Positions 1 to 10,152 of a DNA stretch of 64,000 nucleotides are shown here, piece by piece. The notes beneath the pieces are model-generated. The model was not told the DNA's origin. It saw only the letters and a program-made list of their open reading frames with translations, and searched no databases. Within the stretch, counting starts at the first letter, position 1; the number at the start of each line of letters is the position of its first letter. The stretch lies in contig OZ242311.1 in the NCBI GenBank assembly GCA_965207885.1, positions 2,912,001 through 2,976,000 on the forward strand. The letters run 5' to 3'. The position numbers were made by a program, and so were the translations under genes. Origin of the DNA: Candidatus Latescibacterota bacterium (GTDB lineage Bacteria; Latescibacterota; UBA2968).

Positions 1-75
1 AGAGTGCATCCATTATGTTGATTTCATGAGAACTGAAATTGCCAATAACCGAAATCACTTCTTTGGGGCAGACAC

Positions 76-2562
76 ATGCTGAAAAATTATCTCAAAATAA
101 TGCTGAGAAACCTGATAAACCATCGTTTCTACTCAGCTCTGAACATTATCGGATTAGCCATTGGTTTGGCTTGTTGTATCCTGATAGGCCTCTATATCGA
201 CTATGAATTAGGTTTTGATCAGAACCAAAGGAATCGAGATCAAATTTACAGGGTGATTCGAGAGACTAAAACAGTTGACCAAGCAGCTTTTAGTGAGCGC
301 ACATTAGGAGGTCTCGTAGAAGTCTTGAATCAGGATGTATATCCTGAAATTTCTGAGGCTTTGCGTATCCATCGCTGGCAAAGAACAATAATTGCTGACA
401 ATAAGAGAATATACAAACAAGCCTTTTGCCTTACAGACGAGAATGTTCTACAGGTTTTTGACTTTCCACTGATTCAAGGCGATCCCGAAACGGTTCTCTC
501 AGAACCAGGTTCCGTTTTAATCACTCACAGACTTGCACACAAACTGTTTGGCACTGAAAATCCGATTGGCAAAACCATTCTGATCGAGGAAGACGACAAA
601 GATTATGCGCATCACGTTACAGGCGTCTTAAAAAATATGCCTGAGCAGACGGCCATTCGGTTCGATATTTTATCGGCGACTAAAAATGGGCGATGGCAAG
701 AAAAATGGATGGCTTGGAAACCGAGAGGGGGGCGTCCTGTAGAAAGCTATATTTTGCTTAAAGAAGGTTATGATGCGAATCAACTTGAAGGCAAACTTTC
801 AGATCTGATTCCGAAATACCTGGGCGAAGCAGCTGCAAATAACATTCAATATCATTTGCAGCCCCTAAACCGCATCCATCTATACTCCAATCATGATTAT
901 GGCATCAAAATTGAGAATCGTGGTACTCCAGAGACCAGTAAACCTCATGGTGACATTCAAAATGTGTATTTGTTTTCTTTGCTTGCTATTTTTATTTTAG
1001 TAATTGCCTGTGTGAATTTTATAAACCTAACAACTGCTCGTGCAATTGGGCGGAAGCGAGAGGTCGGGCTTCGTAAGGTTGTCGGTGCAAACCGATTGCA
1101 ACTCATCACACAATTTTTGGGCGAATCTATATTTTTTGCTTGTATGGCGCTTATCTTGGCTTTGGTGTTGGTAGAATTGGCATTGCCAACTTTCAATTCG
1201 TTTTTTGATCGCGCTATTACACTCAATGTCAACACAACCCAGTTATTGCTCAGCCTTTTCGGTCTTATATTCATCGTCGGTATTCTGGCAGGGAGTTATC
1301 CGGCATTTGTCTTATCGACATTTCGCCCTGTTTCAATGTTGAGAGGTAAATCCGCTACAAACGTCTCTACTCGGCTTCGCAAGAGTTTGGTTGTAGGACA
1401 ATTTGCGCTTGCCATTTTATTGATGGTTGTCACTTGGGGTGTTTACAGTCAACAGAAATTTCTTCGAAATAAGAATCTGGGATTCGACCGCGAGCAGATT
1501 ATTGAAGTTCCAATTTTTGAGGCAGCGAATAGCAACCAGATGATCAATCCCACGCTTTTCAAGAGCCAATACAACGCCATCAAGCAGGCATTCACGACGC
1601 ATCCCAATATTCTCAGAGCAACAACCACCCGTGGCCCTGTTGGAGAAGGAGCAACAGTAGAGACATTCCATCCCGAAGGAAAATCCACGTACAGTATGGA
1701 TGTGATAATCGTGGATGAAGATTTTCTAGATTTCTATGGCATTAAATGCGTATCAGGCCGGAATTTCACGCGATCATATGCCGAAACAACAAACCCGCAA
1801 AGACTGAGGGAAAAATTAGACGAGCAGTTTATCTTGAATGAAACAGCGGTCGAGCAATTGGGTTGGACAAATCCAATAGGGAAACGATTTGCTTGGAAGG
1901 TTGGAGGCACGTTCTACCCAGATGGACTACGCTCCGGGACAGTCGTCGGTGTTGTCAAAGATTTTCATTACAAACCTCTTGACGAAAAAATCGGACGACT
2001 CGTATTGGTTGCAGAATTTCATGAGGCAAGGCTACTATACCTAGAGGTCAAATCTGAAGATTTATCTCAAACACTGGCATTTGTACAAAAAGTCTGGGAA
2101 AGGTATATATCCAATCGTCCATTCACATTTTCTTTTCTTGATGAGAATTTGGATCGAATCTATAAAAATGAAAGAAAATTGAGCTATATTTTTGGTTTCT
2201 TTTCAACCCTTGGTATTTTGATTGCCTGCTTGGGGTTACTTGGGTTGGCCACATTGAGTGCGCAATACCGTACAAAAGAAATCGGCATTCGCAAGGTATT
2301 GGGAGCGTCTGTATCCAATATTGTTATGTTGCTATCCAGTGATTTTGCAAAGTTGGTCGCACTTGCAAATCTCTTGGCCTGGCCGATTGGCTACTATGCC
2401 CTGTGGCAGTGGCTTCAGAATTATGCGTATCGGGTAGATCTTGGATTTGAGTTCTTTATGTTAAGTGGTATCTTGGCTTTCCTTATTGCCATGATCACAG
2501 TGAGTTTCCAGACAATGAAGGCAGCTCGATCAAATCCTGTAGATGCCTTGCGGAATGAATAA
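76..2562 (+). CDS. ABC transporter permease (MacB/FtsX-like, duplicated)
   Basis: 828 aa; MLKNYLK start; two FtsX motifs (RKREVGLRKVVGA, RTKEIGIRKVLGAS); ends NPVDALRNE. Confidence 0.92.
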   Translation: MLKNYLKIMLRNLINHRFYSALNIIGLAIGLACCILIGLYIDYELGFDQNQRNRDQIYRVIRETKTVDQAAFSERTLGGLVEVLNQDVYPEISEALRIHRWQRTIIADNKRIYKQAFCLTDENVLQVFDFPLIQGDPETVLSEPGSVLITHRLAHKLFGTENPIGKTILIEEDDKDYAHHVTGVLKNMPEQTAIRFDILSATKNGRWQEKWMAWKPRGGRPVESYILLKEGYDANQLEGKLSDLIPKYLGEAAANNIQYHLQPLNRIHLYSNHDYGIKIENRGTPETSKPHGDIQNVYLFSLLAIFILVIACVNFINLTTARAIGRKREVGLRKVVGANRLQLITQFLGESIFFACMALILALVLVELALPTFNSFFDRAITLNVNTTQLLLSLFGLIFIVGILAGSYPAFVLSTFRPVSMLRGKSATNVSTRLRKSLVVGQFALAILLMVVTWGVYSQQKFLRNKNLGFDREQIIEVPIFEAANSNQMINPTLFKSQYNAIKQAFTTHPNILRATTTRGPVGEGATVETFHPEGKSTYSMDVIIVDEDFLDFYGIKCVSGRNFTRSYAETTNPQRLREKLDEQFILNETAVEQLGWTNPIGKRFAWKVGGTFYPDGLRSGTVVGVVKDFHYKPLDEKIGRLVLVAEFHEARLLYLEVKSEDLSQTLAFVQKVWERYISNRPFTFSFLDENLDRIYKNERKLSYIFGFFSTLGILIACLGLLGLATLSAQYRTKEIGIRKVLGASVSNIVMLLSSDFAKLVALANLLAWPIGYYALWQWLQNYAYRVDLGFEFFMLSGILAFLIAMITVSFQTMKAARSNPVDALRNE

Positions 2563-2597
2563 AAAAAACATGCTCCTGAAAAATCTCTAAGGAATAC

Positions 2598-3317
2598 ATG
2601 AGCAACCCGAAACCAAGACACGACAGGCCAACTTGGGCAAGTCGAGTTCCAAGAGAAAAAATAGCCCGCCTTTATGCAACTGATGCACAGGGCATAGTAG
2701 ACGAAGAGCTTATTGAAGACGTGGGGATTGGACTCTTCGCTCGTATCGAAAGCATTTTCAAAGCACGAGAAGCCAGTGCTGGACGAGCAAGATGTCCATT
2801 ATGTGATCGCCAGATAGACCACGACGGTATGAAGGATACGATTCTGAGATGCGAATCGTGCAACTGGGAACTCACCTGGGGCGAGTATCATAAAGCCAAA
2901 CAAGGTAAGCATCTTGCTGCCTCTGGTCTCACGGTCTTTCTCCAAGAGTTCCTCCAGAAATACCAGACTGCGAGATCTCCAAAAGAGAAGATGGTCCTCA
3001 TAGACACCTTGATTCATAGGTATCATTGGGAACTTGAGGGAGGACTGACTCGGCCTGGAGCCACAGATTTAATTGGAGGAAGACAGCATGAAATTATAGA
3101 TTTTCTAAACAAGCTTTCATATGGCGAAAAGAGTAGCCCTGAAATCTTAGCCAATAGAGCAGAATGGATTCAGAAGGTTAAAAAAAGCCAACAGCATCGC
3201 AAAACAAAAAGAGAGGAACGGCAGAAAAAAAAGGAAGAGCGGGAGAGAAAGAAGAACTTAAAGAGAAAAGTTAGACAACAGATGTTGGCGCACAGGGACA
3301 AATCGAGTAAGTCATGA
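2598..3317 (+). CDS. Hypothetical protein with zinc ribbon and Lys/Arg-rich tail
   Basis: 239 aa; CPLC...CESC; AAGGA upstream. Confidence 0.7.
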   Translation: MSNPKPRHDRPTWASRVPREKIARLYATDAQGIVDEELIEDVGIGLFARIESIFKAREASAGRARCPLCDRQIDHDGMKDTILRCESCNWELTWGEYHKAKQGKHLAASGLTVFLQEFLQKYQTARSPKEKMVLIDTLIHRYHWELEGGLTRPGATDLIGGRQHEIIDFLNKLSYGEKSSPEILANRAEWIQKVKKSQQHRKTKREERQKKKEERERKKNLKRKVRQQMLAHRDKSSKS

Positions 3318-3349
3318 TTTTCCACCGAGTTGTGTTCAGTCGGGGGTGA

Positions 3350-3494
3350 ATCTGAAGAACTGAGTCGCATCAGTCCGGAATTCTGCAATGACCCATACAG
3401 TGGTGAAGTAATGCGTGAATGCTCCGTTACGACGATTGCATACGATGGCAACCAATATCGACTCGATGCTGTTGGGGCTATGCACCACCTATAA
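3350..3494 (+). pseudogene. 3' fragment, probably of a histidine phosphatase family gene
   Basis: Reads ...MRECSVTTIAYDGNQYRLDAVGAMHHL*, similar to the C-terminus of PGAM-like phosphatases; no 5' part. Confidence 0.4.
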
Positions 3495-3583
3495 TCCTCT
3501 TGTTTATCCCAACGGATAGCGCTATTTTTTCATACTATTGGCTGAGGTTATACCACCAGGCAGATTGAAAATGGAGTAAATGT

Positions 3584-3811
3584 ATGACAAATTGGGAAAC
3601 ATGCGATGCGGTTGAGCGCCATCCCAAAAAGGTCAGTGGAGCCTGGATATTTCGTGGCACTCGGGTTCCTGTATCCGCGCTTTTCGAGAATCTCAAAGAT
3701 GGGGCTTCGATTGAGCAGTTTCTGGAATGGTTCCCCGGCGTAAAACGATGGCAGATCGAAACGGTTCTCGATCACGAAGTGAAGGCGTTGGCGGGCTCTG
3801 TTGATTCATGA
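3584..3811 (+). CDS. DUF433 antitoxin (VapB45-like)
   Basis: SGAWIFRGTRVPV..LFENLKDGASIEQFLEWFPGV; ATGA overlap with the PIN gene. Confidence 0.88.
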   Translation: MTNWETCDAVERHPKKVSGAWIFRGTRVPVSALFENLKDGASIEQFLEWFPGVKRWQIETVLDHEVKALAGSVDS

Positions 3812-4125
3812 GAATTCTATTTGATCAGGGCACCCCCGTGCCTCTTCGACGATATCTGTCAAATCACTCGGTCGATACCGCCTTTGAGCGGGGATGGTCC
3901 CACCTTCAAAATAGCGAGTTGCTTCAGGCGAGTGAGCAGGATGACTACCAACTCTTGATCTCTACAGACCAAAATCTTCGATACCAACAGAATCTGTCCG
4001 GCAGACAGCTGGCGATCATCGTTCTGCTTTCGACTTCATGGCCACGAATCCAGTTGCGAATTGATGACATCCAGGCTGCTGTTGATAAAATAGCTCTAGG
4101 TGACTACATAGAGATTCCAATCTGA
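3808..4125 (+). CDS. PIN-domain toxin (VapC45/DUF5615-like)
   Basis: MRILFDQGTP...LLISTDQNLRYQQNL. Confidence 0.85.
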   Translation: MRILFDQGTPVPLRRYLSNHSVDTAFERGWSHLQNSELLQASEQDDYQLLISTDQNLRYQQNLSGRQLAIIVLLSTSWPRIQLRIDDIQAAVDKIALGDYIEIPI

Positions 4126-4236
4126 GGCTGTGGCGATCATAGACGCGGCAAATTTTTTCGGTTCCCGCTGGACGACCTATCTGGCGGGATTTCTGCAAGT
4201 GTTGTTCGTCCGCTCCCCACCCCAGGCTGGCACAGC

Positions 4237-4373
4237 ACACAACAAGACGGTTGCAAGTTGCGCTCCCTTCGGTCGCTCCAACCCAAGTGGCCGTGAGTGA
4301 TGGGTTGGCTGATGGGAAACAGGTGATCTGTTTCCTGATGCATTGCCACTTAGGCAACCGCAGGCCGTTACCT
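4237..4373 (+). repeat. attC-like integron recombination site
   Basis: ACACAAC at 4237 and GTTACCT at 4367; arms CGGTTGC/GCAACCG and CCAAGTGGC/GCCACTTAG; inner hairpin GGAAACAG/CTGTTTCC; GCTCCCTTCGGTCGCT motif typical of attC sites. Confidence 0.75.
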
Positions 4374-4413
4374 GCAATGCGCCGCTACGGCCAGTCCTGG
4401 GCCGAGAAAACCA

Positions 4414-5392
4414 ATGGAACCACGCTATCCCAGATATAGAGACGAAACGGGCCCGCTGCCTGATCAGCCAGAAATTATGGATCTCTGCAAGCGATTCTGG
4501 GATCTGGAAGTAACCAGCGTCCGCAGGGCGAATTCGCGGTGCGTCTTCTTTTGTGATAGTCTGCGGGACGGACGCGTTGTGTTCCGCGTGAATCCGGGAT
4601 GGGACGGCTCGACCCATCCCAAAACCATTGTGGAGTTTGTGCGACACCTTGCCGATCGCGGCGCGCCGTGTCCTGACATCCGTCCAACCACGGATGGTAG
4701 CCTCTACAAGTCCGTTCGAGACCTGGTGATTTCGGTGGAGAGCTTCTTGGAAGGAGAGGTCGTAGATCGCGTCGATACTCTCCGCAACGTGGGGGAGGCT
4801 CTCGCACGGGTTCACGATGCGAGCGAAGACTTTCCAGCCTACCTTTCAGAAGTCAAAAATGCGCAGGAGTACATCTCTGATGCTCTCGAGTATTGCGAGA
4901 GGACGACATTCTCGTCGGCCGCGGCAGATGCGGTCACTCGGCTTCGAGCACAGTTGAATAACACGCCGAACAAGATGGACGTTCGTTGGCTCTTCTGTCG
5001 TAGAGATGTGCGAAGTTGGAACACGATTGCTTCCCCGTCAGGTGAGGTCCGATTCACCGACTTCAATTCGGCTCACTTCGCTCCGGCGCTTGAGGATGTA
5101 GTGATGGTCCGGATGCAATGGCTGATGGGGACCGTGGGGCGACAGCTTACAGATGAGGAAATGCAGCGGTTCGTGGAGGGGTACTTTTCAGTCCGGCCTC
5201 CCTCAGATGATGAACGTACCGCACTCCCCTTCATCTTCGCGGCCTACTTATGCCAAGCGCCTCTGCCAGCTCCACCGGAAATGGGGGCCGAAGTCGCCTA
5301 ATCGGAGAACCTGGGGATTGGAAGACCGAATACTCGCTCTCCCTGATGCGGCGATTCGTATGGGCGAGGCTGCAATCGAAGGCATAGATTGA
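4414..5392 (+). pseudogene. APH/homoserine kinase type II-like phosphotransferase, frameshifted
   Basis: LARVH and FTDFNS motifs; catalytic loop reads RRDVRSWN; an extra base near 5248 (GCCTACTTATGCC) moves the C-terminus into the frame ending at 5392. Confidence 0.65.
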
Positions 5393-5424
5393 AAGGCGAG
5401 AATCAGCCAATCCGATGCTCGCCG

Positions 5425-5467
5425 TCCCCCAACCGCTTCGTGGTTCGGGAGTAATGAAACGTTATGT
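5425..5467 (+). repeat. Right-half attC remnant
   Basis: CCCCAACC-GCTTCGT-GGTTCGGG hairpin, then GTTATGT (GTTRRRY-like) at 5461 just before the next gene; no left AAC core. Confidence 0.45.
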
Positions 5468-5485
5468 GACATAGGAATAGGCGAG

Positions 5486-6001
5486 TTGGAACACGCACAT
5501 CCACGAAAACCTTGGCCAACGATCCGATCGGCCGCTGCGGTGGACGCCGAAGTCGTCACACGTATATATATCGATTCGTGGAATGCAGGATTCGGCGAAC
5601 TCATCGAGCAGTCCAATCGCATCGTCACATCAGAACTTGTTGAGCGTTGGCGCGGCGATCTTGCGAAGTCTGCCCCGCACCGGTGGTGGGTCGCAGAGCA
5701 TACGGGTAAGGTTGTCGGTTTTGTCGGCATCGGTCCCAGCCGCGATCCCGTTGACGCCACATTAGGGGAACTCGATACCATCGCCATTGACCCCTCGTAT
5801 TGGCGCCTCGGCATCGGCAAGGCGTTGGCCTCGCTCGCGTTTCGTCATCTCGTTGCCGACGGTTATAATGAAGCGATAGTTTGGACTGTTAAGGGTTATG
5901 AACGCGGGATCGCCTTCTACGAGGCGATGGGGTGGAAACGTGATGGCGGTGTTCGAGACAACGGACGCCAAATCCGGCTCCGTCGCCCATTGTCTATCTA
6001 G
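5486..6001 (+). CDS. GNAT N-acetyltransferase
   Basis: IAIDPSYWRLGIGKAL; AFYEAMGW. Confidence 0.88.
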   Translation: MEHAHPRKPWPTIRSAAAVDAEVVTRIYIDSWNAGFGELIEQSNRIVTSELVERWRGDLAKSAPHRWWVAEHTGKVVGFVGIGPSRDPVDATLGELDTIAIDPSYWRLGIGKALASLAFRHLVADGYNEAIVWTVKGYERGIAFYEAMGWKRDGGVRDNGRQIRLRRPLSI

Positions 6002-6064
6002 ATTACCGCTCCAATGGATAGTGGAGGAGTAAATGCAAATCGACATCATAAAGAAGCGTGTTCA

Positions 6065-7192
6065 ATGATTATGATAGATTGTGATTTTCCGGGTGGGAAT
6101 ATTATCGCTGAGCGAATTGACGGTGATGATGTGTTTCTTCGGCAGGATCTGCGCGATACGGATCGCGACTGGTTCTACTGGTATTTTCGGGTGCGTGGCG
6201 CAGCAGGCCGAACCGTACGGTTTCACTTTACCGGCAGCAATGTGATTGGCACGCGTGGTCCTGGGATGAGTGAAGACGGTGGGGTGACGTGGCGCTGGTT
6301 GGGTAATGATGCGGTGGATGGACAGTCGTTTGTGTATGCGTTTGCGAATGATGCGGATGATGTGCGGTTCAGTTTTGGGATGCCGTATGTGCAGGCCGAT
6401 CTGGACCGATTTTTGGCGTCGTATGTGGATTCGGACTATCTGGTGGCTGAGACGTTGTGCGAGACGCGCAAAGGACGTGATGTTGAGATGTTGTATGTGG
6501 GGAGGCTGGACGGTGGAGCGGATCTGCGCGTGTTGATTGCGGCGCGACACCACTGCTGTGAGATGATGCAGTCGTACGTGCTGGAAGGCATGATGGCGGC
6601 GATACTTGGTGAGGGTGATTTGGGGCGTTGGTTTCAGGGACGGGTTGAATGTCTGGTGATTCCGTTTGTGGATAAAGACGGTGTGGAGGATGGCGATCAG
6701 GGGAAAAATCGGAAGCCGAGGGATCACAACCGGGATTATGTCGGGGAGAGTGTGCATATTGAAACGGCTGTGATTCGAGAAAGGGTGCCGGATTGGAGCG
6801 CGGGCAAACTGAAGGTAGCGATTGATCTGCACTGTCCGTGGATTCGTAGTAATCGAAATGAGACGATTTATCTGGTGGGGTCTGAGTCAGAAGCCCCCTG
6901 GCAGGAACAGATTCGGTTTTCGCATATTTTGGAAGCGGAACGAACGGGAAGCTTGCCCTTTTTTGCAGCGGATAATTTGCCCTTTGGCGTGGAGTGGAAT
7001 ACGGCAGAGAATTATGCAGCTGGCAAGAGCTTTGGTCGGTGGGCGGATGAATTGCCGGGCGTTCAATTGGCAACGGCAATTGAGTTTCCCTATGCCAATG
7101 TGGGCGATCTGGATACGAGTCCAGAACTGGCGCGTGTATTTGGACGCGATCTGGCTGCAGCGTTGAAGGTGTATTTGGAGACGATGGTGTGA
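6065..7192 (+). CDS. Peptidase M14 zinc carboxypeptidase-like
   Basis: ARHHCCE, DHNRDY and IDLHCP motifs. Confidence 0.85.
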   Translation: MIMIDCDFPGGNIIAERIDGDDVFLRQDLRDTDRDWFYWYFRVRGAAGRTVRFHFTGSNVIGTRGPGMSEDGGVTWRWLGNDAVDGQSFVYAFANDADDVRFSFGMPYVQADLDRFLASYVDSDYLVAETLCETRKGRDVEMLYVGRLDGGADLRVLIAARHHCCEMMQSYVLEGMMAAILGEGDLGRWFQGRVECLVIPFVDKDGVEDGDQGKNRKPRDHNRDYVGESVHIETAVIRERVPDWSAGKLKVAIDLHCPWIRSNRNETIYLVGSESEAPWQEQIRFSHILEAERTGSLPFFAADNLPFGVEWNTAENYAAGKSFGRWADELPGVQLATAIEFPYANVGDLDTSPELARVFGRDLAAALKVYLETMV

Positions 7193-7239
7193 TGGTGCGA
7201 TCGCGTTGGCGAGTTGGCCCCATCGAGGTGCTGCTGACA

Positions 7240-7647
7240 ATGCAGATTACATATCAGGACACTACCGACGGAATTGGATCAGATAATCTAAAGGGGTTCT
7301 TTGTCGGATGGCCTAACCCTCCCTCCCCCGAGGCGCATCTAAGAATCTTAAAGGGAAGCGACCACGTGGTTCTTGCAGTTTCTTCTGAGGGGAAGGTGAT
7401 TGGCTTCATCAGCGCCATATCGGACGGTGTTTCGTGCGCCTATATCCCACATCTTGAGATGCTGCCGGAATGGCAAGGGAAAGGCATCGGATCGGATCTG
7501 GTCAGACGCATGATTCGAAAACTCAAAGATCTCTACATGATTGACCTGATCTGTGACCAGAAGGTCCAGAGATTCTACGAGAGACTTGGATTCGAGAAAG
7601 CTCGTGGAATGATCGTGAGGAACTTTGAGCAACAAGCGTGCGACTGA
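7240..7647 (+). CDS. GNAT N-acetyltransferase
   Basis: PEWQGKGIGSDLV; FYERLGF. Confidence 0.9.
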   Translation: MQITYQDTTDGIGSDNLKGFFVGWPNPPSPEAHLRILKGSDHVVLAVSSEGKVIGFISAISDGVSCAYIPHLEMLPEWQGKGIGSDLVRRMIRKLKDLYMIDLICDQKVQRFYERLGFEKARGMIVRNFEQQACD

Positions 7648-7759
7648 GCCACACCTCAAATCTTTCTGAGCAACCCGAATCCCTCTTTCTTGAAATGGTG
7701 GGCCACATGGACATTAGACTCTCTCTTGAGGTTTTCACAATACGACGGACCGTTTAACG

Positions 7760-8164
7760 ATGCCATCACATTACGTAAAAGCAGGCGTTGCCGGAGTGAT
7801 TCTCAGAGGCAACCAAATTGTAATGGTTCGCCGTAAATACGGGACACATAAAGGGAAGTGGTGTATCCCTTGCGGGAATGTTGAGGTTGGTGAGGACGTC
7901 CGAACTGCCGTGAGGCGCGAGATTAAAGAAGAGACTGGTCTGGATGTGGAAGTTGGTGACGTCGTGGACGTGCTCTCGACTCATCACTCGCCTGAGCGGA
8001 GTGTGGTAGGAGTATGGTTTCTCGTCAAAGAAAAGGGCGGTAATCTGGTCGCAGGGGACGATGCCGCTGAAGTCCAGCTATTCTCTCTTGAGGAGCCGCC
8101 AACAGATATGGCATTTGAGGCGGATAGGAAGATAATTGAGCGACTGAAAACCACGAGTTTGTGA
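7760..8164 (+). CDS. NUDIX hydrolase
   Basis: Nudix box GNVEVGEDVRTAVRREIKEETGL. Confidence 0.92.
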   Translation: MPSHYVKAGVAGVILRGNQIVMVRRKYGTHKGKWCIPCGNVEVGEDVRTAVRREIKEETGLDVEVGDVVDVLSTHHSPERSVVGVWFLVKEKGGNLVAGDDAAEVQLFSLEEPPTDMAFEADRKIIERLKTTSL

Positions 8165-8183
8165 AGGTCTCACGAGACCGAAG

Positions 8184-9167
8184 ATGAAATCATTCTTAAT
8201 ATTGATCCTGGCTATTTTTACGATTGCTTGCGTGTCAGATGGCTTGTTTGCTGGAGAGTCTCAAATGCGTGAGATTATTGTCAGTTGCCCTGATGAAAAT
8301 AACATACTACAACTCTATCACATCAAGGAGGACGGTTCATCCAGGCGCAAAATTACAAATTCCAATCATGAATGTATGATGCCTGCCGTGTCTCCTGACG
8401 GCAGTAAAATTGTATTTGTGCAACAGAGCGAAAAAGGAATGGCTCTTTGGATCTCCAACTTTGATGGCAGAAACCAGAAAGTACTCACAGAATCGGGGAG
8501 AAATTTGATACCTTCCTGGTTTCCTGATTCTAAACACATTGTATGGATGATATTCAAACCAGGAAAAGATCCCGCTGAAAACAGCCAGTTGCACATCATG
8601 AACACTGAGACCAGAGAATCAAGGCGATTGTTCAGCGATCCTCAACAAATTAAGTTCAGCAATTCGATGGCCGTTGTCTCGCCGAAAGGAACAAAGGTGG
8701 CCTTTGTTTCAAATCGAAGCGGCAACTATAGGGTTTGGTTGAGCAATCTCGATGGCAGTGATGCCAAACCAATTTCACCAACGTCTGCTGAACATGACGG
8801 GATCCTCAAGCTTCCCATCGAACAAAAAGTCCCTGCCTGGTCACCGGATGGCAAGTGGATCGCCCATTGGGAAGGTGTGGAGATGATCCATATGAGCAAA
8901 TTCACAGGGAGACAAGATCGCGAAAGAGACAAGCTGATCGGTGAAACCTGGAATGTATGGGTTGTCGATAGTAATGGAAATAATAAGCGAAAAGCAGGGC
9001 GTGGTGATGATCCCACATGGTCTCCCGATGGATTTGTGACTCGGGCTTTTCCAGATCCTAAAAAAGGCGGCCCGAAAATCATGGTTGAAACCAGGTCCGG
9101 GTGGAAGGAGTTACCGATCAAGCCTCCAAAAACGCCTCGATATGGTCGATTCGCTTGGAAGCCGTGA
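8184..9167 (+). CDS. Secreted TolB-like PD40-repeat protein
   Basis: Signal peptide; repeated PAVSPDG/PAWSPDG/PTWSPDG. Confidence 0.85.
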   Translation: MKSFLILILAIFTIACVSDGLFAGESQMREIIVSCPDENNILQLYHIKEDGSSRRKITNSNHECMMPAVSPDGSKIVFVQQSEKGMALWISNFDGRNQKVLTESGRNLIPSWFPDSKHIVWMIFKPGKDPAENSQLHIMNTETRESRRLFSDPQQIKFSNSMAVVSPKGTKVAFVSNRSGNYRVWLSNLDGSDAKPISPTSAEHDGILKLPIEQKVPAWSPDGKWIAHWEGVEMIHMSKFTGRQDRERDKLIGETWNVWVVDSNGNNKRKAGRGDDPTWSPDGFVTRAFPDPKKGGPKIMVETRSGWKELPIKPPKTPRYGRFAWKP

Positions 9168-9194
9168 TGGAACTCTTTATCGGAGGAGCAGTTA

Positions 9195-10139
9195 GTGGAT
9201 CAGATTCCACCAAAGGAGAAAATTCAGGAGGCCCTTCGGTCAGCCTGGCAGTTCGATGGTTCTCTCATACCGGTACCAAGCACGGAGCGCCTTTTCTCAT
9301 TCACGAAGAATGGGGCGACGTTCTTTGCACGATTGAACTGGGCACGGGGTCAGTTCTGTCCGGAGGAAGTTGTCGAGTTCCTCAATCATCTATCAACAAA
9401 TGATGCCCCTGTCCCCCAGATTGTCCCCACTCTCTCCGAAGATTTGTGTATCATGATCGGAGATGCTGTTGTGCTCTCCGTAGAAACTGATCTCGGTGGG
9501 GAACCTTGCAACTCTCGTCATCTCCACCGATTGGGTGCGGTGGGACGTGGACTTGCTAAGATTCATCTGGCATCGGAGAAGTTCGAAAAATCCAGGATGC
9601 GGAAGAAAGATCTAACTGGCTTTGTGGAGGTCAGACTTCGGCGAGCGCTTTCCCGTTCTCTTCCTGGCGATCTCCGCGACGCCATCAAGACCCTTCATAC
9701 CGAGTTGCAAACCACCTACGAGCACCTAACACGAACATCAGTGCGGTGGATGACAACGCATGGAGATGTCTGGGGTCCCAACGTCCACACGGATGGAGAG
9801 AAAGTCGGTTTCACCGACCTCTGCAACTCTTTTGCGCCAGCTACTGTAGATCTTGTAATGGTCCAACACAGATGGCTAATGAATGATCTGACTGGGGGAC
9901 GATCTCTATTGAAGAAAGAGATGCTGGATTTCCTACGAGGCTATCTTTCTGAGCGACCACTCTCAGTCGGAGACCGGGAAACATTTGGAGTCGTCTGGGC
10001 GGCCTACTATGCTGATCAGTTGTCACATTATATTGAGAAACCAGGAACGGTGAGAGACGCCGTACTCTCACGCTTTGACTTCGAAGGGCAGATTCGGAGA
10101 CTACCGTTAGCGGTGGATGAGATCAGATCACTGCTATAG
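9195..10139 (+). CDS. APH-family phosphotransferase
   Basis: LAKIH, HGDVWGPNV, FTD; related to the 4414 gene. Confidence 0.82.
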   Translation: MDQIPPKEKIQEALRSAWQFDGSLIPVPSTERLFSFTKNGATFFARLNWARGQFCPEEVVEFLNHLSTNDAPVPQIVPTLSEDLCIMIGDAVVLSVETDLGGEPCNSRHLHRLGAVGRGLAKIHLASEKFEKSRMRKKDLTGFVEVRLRRALSRSLPGDLRDAIKTLHTELQTTYEHLTRTSVRWMTTHGDVWGPNVHTDGEKVGFTDLCNSFAPATVDLVMVQHRWLMNDLTGGRSLLKKEMLDFLRGYLSERPLSVGDRETFGVVWAAYYADQLSHYIEKPGTVRDAVLSRFDFEGQIRRLPLAVDEIRSLL

Positions 10140-10152
10140 AGACGACCAACAC

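Noticed and set aside
13-23. XerD-arm-like TTATGTTGATT (also TTATGCCAAT near 50450)
   Set aside because: No matching XerC arm at 6-bp spacing, so no support for dif modules.
6062-7223. Long antisense ORFs (256 and 284 aa; similar ones at 36955, 53047 and 55273)
   Set aside because: They lie opposite well-supported genes with strong codon bias and show no protein motifs.
8166-8179. Palindrome GGTCTC-AC-GAGACC filling a 19-bp spacer
   Set aside because: Single occurrence, too short, and not seen at other junctions.
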